This document shows positions 30,450-40,232 of a DNA stretch of 64,000 nucleotides, piece after piece. The translations under genes and the position numbers were made by a program. The stretch spans positions 2,848,001-2,912,000 of the forward strand of contig CBDCGL010000011.1 in assembly GCA_965216755.1 (NCBI GenBank). The letters run 5' to 3'. Below the pieces are notes generated by a model. That model searched no databases, was not told where the DNA came from, and worked only from the letters and a program-made list of their open reading frames with translations. The stretch comes from Alphaproteobacteria bacterium. Its GTDB lineage: Bacteria; Pseudomonadota; Alphaproteobacteria; UBA7887. How positions within the stretch are numbered: position 1 is the first letter of the stretch; each line of letters starts with the position of its first letter.

Positions 30450-31133
30450 ATGCGGCGCCTCTGGGTTCCATTTGCCATTGCCGGGGCTATTGCTGTCGTC
30501 GCGCTTTTCGCCTTCTCGCGTCTGAACCCGGGCGCGCTCAATGACGGCGACAATGTTACCCGGTTGATTTGGGCCGCGGGCGTGTTGGTGTTGATCGGCC
30601 CCTTCGCATTCTCCGGTGGCCTGTCACGAACATTGCGCCAACTTGCGCAATGGGCGGTGGTCTTGGCGGCGCTGACCATCGGCTATCAAATCTGGCAGGA
30701 TGGTGGATTTTCCTGGGCGGGCCTGCGCGCCGCGTTCAGCCCACAGCTGGACAGCGCGGACCAAGCCGGCATTGCCCAGTTTCGCGCCAACAGTTTGGGC
30801 GAGTTTGTCGTCGAAGGAGATATCAACGGCACCCGCGTCATGTTCTTGGTCGATACCGGCGCGAGCGACCTGGTGTTGGCGCCGCGCGATGCCGAGCGCG
30901 TTGGCTTTGATCTGGCCACACTCGACTATCCGCGGGTCTACGACACCGCCAGTGGCACGGTCCGGGCCGCGCCGGTCCGTTTGGACCAGGTCAGTGTGGG
31001 CGGCGTCGCGGTCGACAATGTGCGCGCGGCCGTGTCGAGCTTCAATATGGACACGTCACTACTCGGCATGAGTTTCATCAACCGCTTGTCGGGGTTCGAA
31101 TTGCGCAATGGCGTGCTGACCCTGCACCAATAG
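30450..31133 (+). CDS. membrane-anchored clan AA (retropepsin-like, TIGR02281) aspartic protease
   Basis: N-terminal TM helices, FLVDTGAS and SLLGMSF motifs. Confidence 0.9.
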   Translation: MRRLWVPFAIAGAIAVVALFAFSRLNPGALNDGDNVTRLIWAAGVLVLIGPFAFSGGLSRTLRQLAQWAVVLAALTIGYQIWQDGGFSWAGLRAAFSPQLDSADQAGIAQFRANSLGEFVVEGDINGTRVMFLVDTGASDLVLAPRDAERVGFDLATLDYPRVYDTASGTVRAAPVRLDQVSVGGVAVDNVRAAVSSFNMDTSLLGMSFINRLSGFELRNGVLTLHQ

Positions 31134-31139
31134 CGCCGT

Positions 31140-32771
31140 TTAAAGGCCGCGCGCGCGTTCGCGCAATACGAACTTCTGAATCTTGCCGGTCGACGTCTTC
31201 GGCAATGATCCGAAGACGACGGTTTTTGGCGCTTTGAAATGGGCCATATTGTCGCGACAAAAGGCAATCATCTGCGCCGCGCTGACGTCGCCGGCATCGG
31301 GTTTCAGCTCGACGAATGCGCACGGCGTTTCCCCCCATTTGTCATCGGGCCGCGCGACGACCGCCACCTGCATGACCGCCGGATGGGTGTACAGCACGTC
31401 CTCGACCTCAATCGACGAGATGTTCTCACCGCCTGAGATAATGATGTCCTTGGATCGGTCCTTTAGCTGGATGTAACCGTCCGCGTGCATGACGCCCAAG
31501 TCGCCGGTGTGGAACCAGCCGCCAGCGAATGCCTCGTCGGTCGCCGATGCGTTTTTTAGATAGCCTTTCATAATCACGTTGCCGCGCATCATGACCTCGC
31601 CGATCGTGCTGCCGTCGGCCGGAGTCGGCGTCATCGAGTCCGGATCCATCACGCTTAAGCCTTCCAGCACGGGATAGCGCACGCCTTGCCGCGCCTTGAG
31701 CGCGGCCTGCTGATCGGCGGGCAGATCATTCCAATCCCGGTTCCACGCGCACACCACCGCGGGTCCGTAACACTCGGTCAGGCCATAGGCGTGGGTGACA
31801 TGAAAGCCGCGCTCTTCAATCGCCGCCAAAACTGGCGGTGGCGGCGGCGATGCCGCGGTCATTACCTCGACCTTCTGGGTCACTTTCGCTGCCAAGGAAT
31901 CGTCGGCATTGATCAGCAGGTTGAGCACGATCGGCGCGCCGCAGAAGTGGGTCACCTGATGGTCGGCGATGGCATCGAAGATGGCCTCGGCGCGCACTTG
32001 ACGCAGACATACATGCGTGCCGGCGACGGCGGCGATGGTCCATGGAAAACACCAGCCGTTGCAGTGAAACATCGGCAGGGTCCACAGATAGACCGCGTGA
32101 TGGGGCAGGCTCCACGCCAAGATATTGCCTATGGCGGTGAGAAACGCGCCGCGATGGTGGTAGACCACGCCCTTGGGATTACCGGTCGTGCCAGAGGTAT
32201 AGTTGAGCGCGATAGCGTCCCATTCGTCGGCCGGTCCGTCACTGGCGAAGTCGGCGTCACCGGACGCCAGAAAGGCTTCATATTCAAGCGCGCCAAGACG
32301 TTCGCCAGGACCGTCATAGGTCACGTCATCATAGTCGATAAGCTCCGGCGGATTATCGAGGCCGGCGCGCGCCTCGCGCATGATCGGCGCGAATTCGCGA
32401 TCCGAGATCACCAGCTTGGCTTCGCCATGTTTCAAAATGAACCCGATCGTCGCCGCGTCGAGGCGCGTATTGAGCGCATTCAATACGGCGCCCGCCATGG
32501 GCACAGCATAGTGCGCTTCCAACAAGGGCGGCGTGTTTTGGGCCATCACCGCAACCGTGTCGCCGGGGCCGATACCGCGCTTTCGCAGCGCGCTGGCAAA
32601 GCGCTGGCAGCGTTCCCCAAAATTGCGATAGTCCATGTGCTGTGCGCCATGGATCCAGGCGGTGTGGTTGGGATAGACGGCCACCGCGCGCGACAAAAAG
32701 CTCAGCGGGGTCATCGGCTGATGGTTGGCGGCGACTTTGTCCAAGCCTGAGGCATAGGGATTTGGGCTCAT
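31140..32771 (-). CDS. acyl-CoA synthetase (AMP-forming)
   Basis: YTSGTTGNPKG, YGLTE, FHTGDL, DRSKDIIISGGENI and PKTSTGKIQK motifs. Confidence 0.94.
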   Translation of the reverse strand: MSPNPYASGLDKVAANHQPMTPLSFLSRAVAVYPNHTAWIHGAQHMDYRNFGERCQRFASALRKRGIGPGDTVAVMAQNTPPLLEAHYAVPMAGAVLNALNTRLDAATIGFILKHGEAKLVISDREFAPIMREARAGLDNPPELIDYDDVTYDGPGERLGALEYEAFLASGDADFASDGPADEWDAIALNYTSGTTGNPKGVVYHHRGAFLTAIGNILAWSLPHHAVYLWTLPMFHCNGWCFPWTIAAVAGTHVCLRQVRAEAIFDAIADHQVTHFCGAPIVLNLLINADDSLAAKVTQKVEVMTAASPPPPPVLAAIEERGFHVTHAYGLTECYGPAVVCAWNRDWNDLPADQQAALKARQGVRYPVLEGLSVMDPDSMTPTPADGSTIGEVMMRGNVIMKGYLKNASATDEAFAGGWFHTGDLGVMHADGYIQLKDRSKDIIISGGENISSIEVEDVLYTHPAVMQVAVVARPDDKWGETPCAFVELKPDAGDVSAAQMIAFCRDNMAHFKAPKTVVFGSLPKTSTGKIQKFVLRERARGL

Positions 32772-32790
32772 CGTCAAACGTCCTCGATCG

Positions 32791-33660
32791 TCAAGACTCA
32801 GCAAATCCATAGAGCCGCGCCGGGTTGTCAACTAAAATGGCCCGCACCTGCGCCGAATCCGACGTGTAGTCCGCCAGCGCGTCGAGCAAATCGCCATCGT
32901 TCGGCATCGGCCCCGTCACCGCCGGATGCGGCCAATCGGTGCCCCACACCACCCCGTCGGGTGCCGCAGCGATCAATGCCTGGGCAAACGGGACAGCGTC
33001 GGCATAGGGCGGCCCAGCAACTGAGACCCGATAGTTTCCCGACAATTTGGCCCAACATCGGCCCGCAGCCATCATGCCCAACAGTGCTTGGAACCCCGGG
33101 TCGTCAAGCCCCCGGTCGGTCGGCATATGCCCCATATGGTCGACGACCACATCGACCGGCAGCGCAGACAATTTACCCGCCAGGTCCGGCAGAGTTCGCA
33201 AGTCCATCAGAAATTGCAAGTGCCAGCCGCGCGCCGCCAAGCGCGGGGCGAGACGATCCATGGTCGCGAGCGGCAAACCGGCGCCGAACAACAGGTTGAG
33301 GCGCACGCCGCGCATGCCCACCTCATGCATGGCATCGAGGTCGCGATCGCTGACCTCAGGATCGACCACAGCAATACCGCGCGCCGCGCCCCCCAGCGCC
33401 ACCATGGCATCCAGCGTCGCGCGATTGTCGGTACCATAGACACTCGGCTGCACGATGACGGCGCGATCGATGCCCAGGGTCGCCAAAACGTGGCGATAGG
33501 ATTCGAGCGATGCTTCGGGCGGGGTGTAGCTGCGCCCCCCGGCAAAAGGGTAGCGCGCCGCAGGACCAAAGATATGGGCATGGCAATCGCACGCGTGCGG
33601 CGGCGTTTTCAGTTTCGGGGTTCGCGGCCGCGGATCGGGCGCTTGGCAAAGGTCGGTCAT
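32791..33660 (-). CDS. amidohydrolase_2 family lactonase (LigI/2-pyrone-4,6-dicarboxylate hydrolase-like)
   Basis: CDCHAH, VQPSVYGTDN, VDHMG and WGTDWPHP motifs. Confidence 0.88.
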   Translation of the reverse strand: MTDLCQAPDPRPRTPKLKTPPHACDCHAHIFGPAARYPFAGGRSYTPPEASLESYRHVLATLGIDRAVIVQPSVYGTDNRATLDAMVALGGAARGIAVVDPEVSDRDLDAMHEVGMRGVRLNLLFGAGLPLATMDRLAPRLAARGWHLQFLMDLRTLPDLAGKLSALPVDVVVDHMGHMPTDRGLDDPGFQALLGMMAAGRCWAKLSGNYRVSVAGPPYADAVPFAQALIAAAPDGVVWGTDWPHPAVTGPMPNDGDLLDALADYTSDSAQVRAILVDNPARLYGFAES

Positions 33661-33814
33661 GATCGTGGCTCGGTCCGGGTGACGTGGTCGTGTCCTTTCG
33701 GGCTGAAATGCCCTCAACCCGCGCCATGTTATATCAAGATCCAGAGCGGTCGTGTTTTTGTGAAGGGCGGTCGACCTGGTTTACCGCACGCGACCCGAGG
33801 GGAATGACACGACA

Positions 33815-35095
33815 ATGCCGATGACGAAAAAGATGGCTTGGCCGGATGTCGGTCACGATCTACGGGTATTCGTGGGTTATCTGGCGCGCCGCGCGCTGGC
33901 GGTCCAGGTGCCGCGTGTCGCCGCCGCGCTGACATATACCTCGCTTCTGGCGCTGGTCCCGACCGCGACAATTGTTCTCGCCATGATGGCGATGTTTCCG
34001 GCCTTCGCCGGCGTGCGTGAGCAATTCAACAGTTTCGCCTTCGACAATCTGCTACCCAATGCCGGTGATGATTTGCGCGCCGCGTTTGACAGCTTTGTCG
34101 CCAATGCCGGTGAACTGACGGCGGTCGGTCTGCTGTTTCTGATTGTCGCCTCGATCATGTTGCTGTCGACGGTCGAGGGCACCATGAACACGATATTTCG
34201 GGTCCGCCAACGGCGCGCGCTGATCGCGCGCCTTCTCGTCTATTGGGCGTTCCTGACCGTTGGCCCACTGGTGTTGGCGTCGAGCTTGTCGCTCTACTCC
34301 TATTTGATCGCGTCGGCGCAATGGGGCAACGACAGTGCGTTGCGCGGCTTTGGCGGATTTCTGGTTTCGTTGGCGCCAACCGCGCTGATCGTGCTCGGTT
34401 TGGTGTTTTTGTATCTGGTGATGCCGAACCGCCGAGTGCCGCCGCGCCATGCGTTGATAGGCGGCCTGGTGGCCGGCCTGTTGTTTGCTGCCCTGAGACG
34501 CGGTTTTGCACTCTATTTGATCTATTTCCCTACCTATGAAGCGATTTATGGTGCCCTTTCGGCCGTGCCGATCCTGCTCGTATGGATGTACCTGTCGTGG
34601 CTGGTTGTGCTGTTCGGCGCCGTGCTTGCGGCCGCGTGTAGCGAATGGCGCACCGAAGGCCGCGCGGAACGGCCCGGTGAACCGGCCAGTCAATTCTCTT
34701 TGGGGGTTTGTCTACTGGCGCTTCTCGCGGACAAGCAGCGGCGCGGCGAAACCGGATCGGTGCGCAGTCTGGCGCGCGATGCCGGCCGCGCGGTCGGCGC
34801 GGTCGAGTCGACGCTGGTGCGGCTGCGCAAAGCCGGTTTTGTCGAAAGCACCGCCAAACGGCGCTGGTTGCTGTCTCGACACCCCGACGACATCCGCATT
34901 TACGATCTCTTCGACGTGTTCGGCCTACAACCACGCGAACCGGCGCTGGCCGGCGACGCGCCATGGCAAGCCCGGTTGCGCGCCGCCTTGGGCGCCGCAG
35001 CCGAGAACAACCGGCAGACCTTGGCCCTGTCGCTGGCGGAGCTTGTCGTCGATCCGCCGCCCGGCCCGCGAGTGGTGCCGCGCGAAGCCGGCTAG
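33815..35095 (+). CDS. YihY/BrkB-family membrane protein with C-terminal Rrf2-like HTH
   Basis: AAALTYTSLLALVP and YEAIYGALSAVPILLVWMYLSW motifs; C-terminal winged-helix-like segment. Confidence 0.88.
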   Translation: MPMTKKMAWPDVGHDLRVFVGYLARRALAVQVPRVAAALTYTSLLALVPTATIVLAMMAMFPAFAGVREQFNSFAFDNLLPNAGDDLRAAFDSFVANAGELTAVGLLFLIVASIMLLSTVEGTMNTIFRVRQRRALIARLLVYWAFLTVGPLVLASSLSLYSYLIASAQWGNDSALRGFGGFLVSLAPTALIVLGLVFLYLVMPNRRVPPRHALIGGLVAGLLFAALRRGFALYLIYFPTYEAIYGALSAVPILLVWMYLSWLVVLFGAVLAAACSEWRTEGRAERPGEPASQFSLGVCLLALLADKQRRGETGSVRSLARDAGRAVGAVESTLVRLRKAGFVESTAKRRWLLSRHPDDIRIYDLFDVFGLQPREPALAGDAPWQARLRAALGAAAENNRQTLALSLAELVVDPPPGPRVVPREAG

Positions 35096-35110
35096 CGCGG
35101 CGACAGCGCC

Positions 35111-37315
35111 ATGAGCGCCGCGGCCCCGCACACGCCGGCACCGGCCAGCGACGACATTGCCACTGCCTGGCAACTCTATCAGGGTGGGAGAGCACAGCAC
35201 GCCCTGCGCCTTTGTGCCGCGGTCTTGGCTCGCGCCCCCAACGACAAGGACGCGTTGCAGTTGCGCGCGGTTATCGCACTCGACGAAAACGACTTGGCAC
35301 GCGCCCACGAGGCCGCGGCGCGCTTGGTGGCCATCGCGCCGGACGACGCCACGGCGCACAACACGCGCGGTTTGGTCTTGCATCGCACCGGCGACCACGT
35401 TGGCGCCATCGCCGCCTTCGAAACCGCTTGCGCCCGCGATCCACGCCATGCCCAGGCCGCCAACAATTTGGGGGCCGCATTGCTGGAGCAAGGCCATTGT
35501 GTCGACGCTCAAACCCATTTCGAGCGCGCTTTGGCGGGCAAGCCCGACTTTGTTCAAGCCCAGGCCAATCTGGGCACCGCCTTGCTCGGCCAAAATCGCC
35601 ATGCGCACGCGGCACAGGCGCTAGAAACGGCCGCGCGCGGCTTGCCGCAATCAAGTCGGGTCCACAGCGACCTGATCCGCGCGCTGTTCGGCACCGGCGA
35701 CATCGCGGGCGCGGTTGCCGCTTACGGCCGCAGCCAAGCGACGCTGCCCGACGACGCGCGCTGTGCGACGGCACTTGTTGACGGCTTGCGGAGAATCGAC
35801 GCGCGCCAGCTGGGTCCGGCCGGTCTTCCACTCTTACGCCATGTCTTGACCCTGCCGACGGTGCGCCACCAGGCCATTGAACCATTGGCCCGTGCACTGC
35901 TCAGCGCAACACCGTGCTTTGCCGCCACGCTGGCGGACCCGAACGCCGCGCCGATCCCCGACTTGGTCAGCGAGCCGGTATTTGTCGGCCTACTGACACA
36001 CAGCGTCGTGACCGATGACAACTTCGAACGGCTTATCGTGCAGCTGCGGCGTCGATTGGCAACGGCCGCGTTCGACGGTACCGCCTGGTCGGTGGACGAA
36101 CTCAAACTCGCCTGCGCCGTGGCGTTGCAAGCTTTTCACACCGACTATGCCGGCGATCTGGGCGCCGGCGAAGTCGAGATTTCAGAGACCAGCCGGGTAG
36201 CCGCCGAATCCGCGCTACGCGAATTGGCGCCACGGGCGGCGCTGCCCGCCGCCGTTTGGGCAGCCCTGTATCGGCCGCTTCATCGGTTGGCTGGCGCCGA
36301 GGCTCTTGACACACTCGGCGCGAACGACCTGCCGGTCGCCGTCACCGAGCTGTTGGATCAGACCTTGCGCGCCCCCTTGCAGGAACGCGAAATCGCGGCC
36401 AACTTGTCCACCTTCGCGCCCATCGACGACGCCATGTCGCGGCGGGTGAAAGACCAGTATGAACACAATCCCTACCCGCGCTGGCTGACATTGCCGACGC
36501 CGATGGTTGACCGGCCATCGGCGCATATGCGCGCCGCCCTGCCCGGTTTCCAGCCGCCTGCCTTCATCGACGGCCCGCTATCGGCCCTGATCGCCGGCTG
36601 CGGCACCGGCCAAGACGGTTTGTTTTTGGCCCGCTTGTTTCGCCAAGCCCAATTCATCGCCATCGATCTGAGTCGGGCCAGTCTGGCCTATGCCCACCGC
36701 CAGGCCAAACGACGCGGCATCGCCAATATCGCCTTCTTCGAGGGCGATATCCTTGACGCCGCCGCGATGGGTCAGACATTCGATGTGATCAGCTGTAGCG
36801 GCGTGTTGCACCACATGGATGCCCCCGATGCCGGTTTGCGGGCGTTGGTCGGCGTGCTACGGCCGCGTGGCCTGATTCATATCGCGCTTTACAGCCGCCG
36901 CGCGCGCCACGCGGTGACCGCTGCGCGCGCCCATATCATGGCCCAAAACCTGGCCACCGACACCGCGTCGTTACGCGCGTTTCGCGCTTATGTGCGGGTC
37001 CTGCCCGCCGATCATGGTTTGGCCTGGCTGACCCGCTGCGCCGATTTTTATTATTTGAGCGGTCTGCGCGATTTGGTCTTCCACGCGTGCGAACATCAAT
37101 ATGACTGGCCGGAAGTCGCCGCCCTGGTCAAATCGGTCGGCCTGGAGCCCATCGGCGCAGTCATTGAGCCCAAGTTTGCCGCCCGCTACGCCACCTTTGC
37201 ACCACACGATCGCAACCGTTGCGATTTTGGCGCCCTTGACCGATTCGAAAGAACCCACAGCGACGCCTTCGCAACCATGTTCAGCCTGTGGTGCCGAAAG
37301 CCCGTACCGCTCTAG
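35111..37315 (+). CDS. TPR-repeat protein with class I SAM-dependent methyltransferase domain
   Basis: N-terminal TPRs (AHNTRG, AANNLG, AQANLG); [22 protein letters not shown] and SGVLHH motifs. Confidence 0.88.
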   Translation: MSAAAPHTPAPASDDIATAWQLYQGGRAQHALRLCAAVLARAPNDKDALQLRAVIALDENDLARAHEAAARLVAIAPDDATAHNTRGLVLHRTGDHVGAIAAFETACARDPRHAQAANNLGAALLEQGHCVDAQTHFERALAGKPDFVQAQANLGTALLGQNRHAHAAQALETAARGLPQSSRVHSDLIRALFGTGDIAGAVAAYGRSQATLPDDARCATALVDGLRRIDARQLGPAGLPLLRHVLTLPTVRHQAIEPLARALLSATPCFAATLADPNAAPIPDLVSEPVFVGLLTHSVVTDDNFERLIVQLRRRLATAAFDGTAWSVDELKLACAVALQAFHTDYAGDLGAGEVEISETSRVAAESALRELAPRAALPAAVWAALYRPLHRLAGAEALDTLGANDLPVAVTELLDQTLRAPLQEREIAANLSTFAPIDDAMSRRVKDQYEHNPYPRWLTLPTPMVDRPSAHMRAALPGFQPPAFIDGPLSALIAGCGTGQDGLFLARLFRQAQFIAIDLSRASLAYAHRQAKRRGIANIAFFEGDILDAAAMGQTFDVISCSGVLHHMDAPDAGLRALVGVLRPRGLIHIALYSRRARHAVTAARAHIMAQNLATDTASLRAFRAYVRVLPADHGLAWLTRCADFYYLSGLRDLVFHACEHQYDWPEVAALVKSVGLEPIGAVIEPKFAARYATFAPHDRNRCDFGALDRFERTHSDAFATMFSLWCRKPVPL

Positions 37316-37436
37316 AAACAAACCAGCACCGCCCCGCGCGCATTCGCGCCACAACGCTTGTTGTGCTACCGTTCGCGGTGTCATGGCAAGCGTGGCCATT
37401 GCAAGTGGCATTAGTACAAAAGATGGGGTGGGCGGA

Positions 37437-37880
37437 ATGCTGAAGGAATTCAAAGAATTCGCCATGCGCGGCAATGTCGTCGACATGGCGGTCGGTATCA
37501 TTATCGGGGCGGCGTTCGGCAAGATTGTCAGCTCGCTGGTCAACGACATCATCATGCCGCCAATCGGCACCTTGCTGGGCGGTGTCGATTTCAGCGATTT
37601 GTTTATCAACTTGACGGGCGGCGACTACGGGTCTTTGGCCGAGGCCCAGGAAGCCGGCGCCGCGACGATCAATTACGGCATATTTATCAACACCGTGCTC
37701 GATTTCGTTATCGTCGCCTTCGCGATTTTCATCGTGATCAAGCAGATGAACCGGCTCAAGCGCGAAGAACCGAAGGCGCCTGCCGAAGCGACCACCAAGG
37801 ACTGCCCGCATTGTCTGTCAACGATTCCGATCAAGGCGACGCGCTGCGCCCATTGCACGGCTGAGTTGGGCAACGCCTAG
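37437..37880 (+). CDS. mscL: large-conductance mechanosensitive channel with C-terminal Cys4 extension
   Basis: [27 protein letters not shown] start; C-terminal CPHC...RCAHC. Confidence 0.96.
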   Translation: MLKEFKEFAMRGNVVDMAVGIIIGAAFGKIVSSLVNDIIMPPIGTLLGGVDFSDLFINLTGGDYGSLAEAQEAGAATINYGIFINTVLDFVIVAFAIFIVIKQMNRLKREEPKAPAEATTKDCPHCLSTIPIKATRCAHCTAELGNA

Positions 37881-37927
37881 ACGCCGCGCGGGCGCGCCGG
37901 CCAACGCTGGCGCTGTTCGAAGTGGCT

Positions 37928-39277
37928 TTAAAGCGGTAGCGTCGCCGTGGCGCGCAAACCGCCGTCGGCGTGATTTTGCAGGCAAACGTCGCCACCATGG
38001 CCACGAAACACCGACCGTGCGACGGCCAGCCCCAAGCCGGCACCCGCATGGTCGGCCGTGCCCGCCGTATTGAGGCGATAGAACGGCTCGAAGACACGGT
38101 CGAGTTCCGCCGCGGCAATGCCCGGACCGGCGTCATCGACCGTGATCACCGCGTGGCCATCAACCTCAAACAAAGAGACTTTGGCCTCGACCCCATACTT
38201 GACCGCATTCGCGACCAAATTGCTGATACCGCGTTTCAAAGCCAACGGGCGCGCACGTACCGGCTTCGAAACACCGCCCCGGCAAACGACATGACCACCG
38301 GCGTCGGCGGCGTCATTGCAGACACTCTCAACCAGGGCCGTCAAGTCGACCGGTTGCGGCCGTTCGGTGCTGGCTTCGTCGCGCACGAATGCAAGCGCGC
38401 CGTCGATCATGCGTTCCATGTCGTCGAGGTCGGCCAGCATCTTGTTTTGCTGTACCGCGTCATCGACGAATTCAGCGCGCAGGCGCAGGCGGGTGATCGG
38501 CGTACGCAAGTCATGAGAGATCGCACCCAGCATCTGGGTGCGGTCATCGATGAAACGCCTCAGGCGCGCCTGCATGTCGTTGAACGCGCCCGCCACCGAT
38601 CTAATCTCGGCCGGACCGGTGCGATCGACTTCTGGCGCGTGCAAATCGCGTCCCAAGCGCTGCGCCGCCTCAGCCAGCGTCGTCAGCGGGCGCGTCAGCC
38701 AGCGGCCGGCCCACACGGCAAGCACGGCGATCCCCGCCACCATCACGGCCATTTCCAAAACCATGCGCACCACCATGGAACGGTCGGCGCCGCCAAGCGA
38801 CGCCAGCATGACGATTTGCTGACCATCGGACAAGGTGACGGCCGCGCGGACCGTGTCACTGTCGTTTTCGCATGGTGGCGATGTCCGGCTGGGACGGTCG
38901 GAATGCAGCACGCATAGCGACTGCGCAACCACGGTAACGTCAGTGGGCCCGGCAACGACCGCATCGACCTGATCGCCGATCAGGCGCGCCCGCCAATCGT
39001 TCGCGCCAGCGTGTCCGATTGCGGGGTCCGCACCGACCAAAAACCCCGGGCCGCTCAGCCGGGCCATGATCTGATCGCGCGCCGGTGCCGGCACGGCCAT
39101 CAAAGCTTCACGAGCCGCAATAATTTGTGCGGCAATGGTCTGGCCGCCAAACAACGACAATCGATGACTGCGATCACCATAGTGAATGGCCATGCTGAGC
39201 CCATGGGAAAGCCCCAACCCCAAGACCAACACCAGAACCGCCCGGCCAAACAGGCTTTGGGGGACAATGTGGCTCAT
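37928..39277 (-). CDS. HAMP-domain sensor histidine kinase (EnvZ/CpxA-like)
   Basis: Two TM helices, HAMP domain, ISHDLRTP H-box, NLVANAVKY, DAGPGI and GLGLAV. Confidence 0.94.
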   Translation of the reverse strand: MSHIVPQSLFGRAVLVLVLGLGLSHGLSMAIHYGDRSHRLSLFGGQTIAAQIIAAREALMAVPAPARDQIMARLSGPGFLVGADPAIGHAGANDWRARLIGDQVDAVVAGPTDVTVVAQSLCVLHSDRPSRTSPPCENDSDTVRAAVTLSDGQQIVMLASLGGADRSMVVRMVLEMAVMVAGIAVLAVWAGRWLTRPLTTLAEAAQRLGRDLHAPEVDRTGPAEIRSVAGAFNDMQARLRRFIDDRTQMLGAISHDLRTPITRLRLRAEFVDDAVQQNKMLADLDDMERMIDGALAFVRDEASTERPQPVDLTALVESVCNDAADAGGHVVCRGGVSKPVRARPLALKRGISNLVANAVKYGVEAKVSLFEVDGHAVITVDDAGPGIAAAELDRVFEPFYRLNTAGTADHAGAGLGLAVARSVFRGHGGDVCLQNHADGGLRATATLPL

Positions 39278-39993
39278 GCCCGTTCCACGGCCGCCGCGAA
39301 AATATAGCCGCCACCGCGCACGGTCTTGACCAATTGGGGCGCCTTGGTATCGGCCTCAATCCGCCGTCGCAAGCGCCCCACTTGCACATCAATGCTGCGA
39401 TCGAAGGGCGTCGCGTCGCGGCCACGGGTCAGATCCAGCAGTTGCTCGCGACTGAGCACACGCTGCGGATGCTCGACAAAAGTCGCCAAAAGGTCGAACT
39501 CGCCAGCGGTCAATGGCACGTTGACTTGGTCCGGGGAATAGAGTTCGCGGCTCGCCAGATCCAGCGTCCAACCGGCAAACCGCAGCCGCGCCGGGCCGCG
39601 ATCGGTCGCTCGGCGGGGCAGAGTATGAGCGCGCCGCAACACCGTCTTGATCCGCGCCAACAATTCACGCGGATTGAACGGCTTGGCCAGATAGTCGTCG
39701 GCCCCCATTTCGAGACCGACAATGCGATCGGTATCGTCACCGCGCGCCGTCAACATGATCACCGGCAAATCCGACCGTGCCCGCACGTCGCGTGTGATTT
39801 CAAGGCCGTCCTTGCCCGGCAACATAATGTCCAGCACGACCAAATCGACTCGCTGTCGGTCGCACACCCGGCGCATTTCGGCCCCATCGGCGGCGGTCAC
39901 GACGTCATAACCATGCTCGGTTAGATATTGAGCCAACAAGTCGCGAATATCGCGATCGTCGTCGACGACCAAAAGGCGGTTTCTCGGTTTCAA
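39274..39993 (-). CDS. OmpR-family response regulator
   Basis: LVVDDD, LDIMLPG, GADDYLAKPF and winged helix DRSIDVQVGRLRR...TVRGGGY; TTG start is an estimate. Confidence 0.95.
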   Translation of the reverse strand: MKPRNRLLVVDDDRDIRDLLAQYLTEHGYDVVTAADGAEMRRVCDRQRVDLVVLDIMLPGKDGLEITRDVRARSDLPVIMLTARGDDTDRIVGLEMGADDYLAKPFNPRELLARIKTVLRRAHTLPRRATDRGPARLRFAGWTLDLASRELYSPDQVNVPLTAGEFDLLATFVEHPQRVLSREQLLDLTRGRDATPFDRSIDVQVGRLRRRIEADTKAPQLVKTVRGGGYIFAAAVERA

Positions 39994-40086
39994 GTCTCGC
40001 TGGTTCAAGAATTCGCGCCTCCGCAGTTTGCCGACCGCCACCTTATCGCTCCGGCTCGCCGCCGCGCGATCAAATTGGTGAGGTAT

Positions 40087-40102
40087 TGTAACGCAATGTA
40101 AC
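40087..40102. promoter_or_regulatory. direct repeat TGTAAC-N4-TGTAAC, candidate OmpR/CpxR-type binding site
   Basis: 10-bp periodic repeat in the AT-rich divergent promoter between the response regulator and the multicopper oxidase. Confidence 0.6.
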
Positions 40103-40232
40103 AAATCCACATCGAGCAACAATCAGTTACCGGCCTGGTCCCGATTGTCACATTTTTTGCGCCGGGCGACATGGTCGTGTTACCCGGGCGTGATCGGCTG
40201 CCGGCGTCGACGATTTGCGATGCGGAGGCAGC

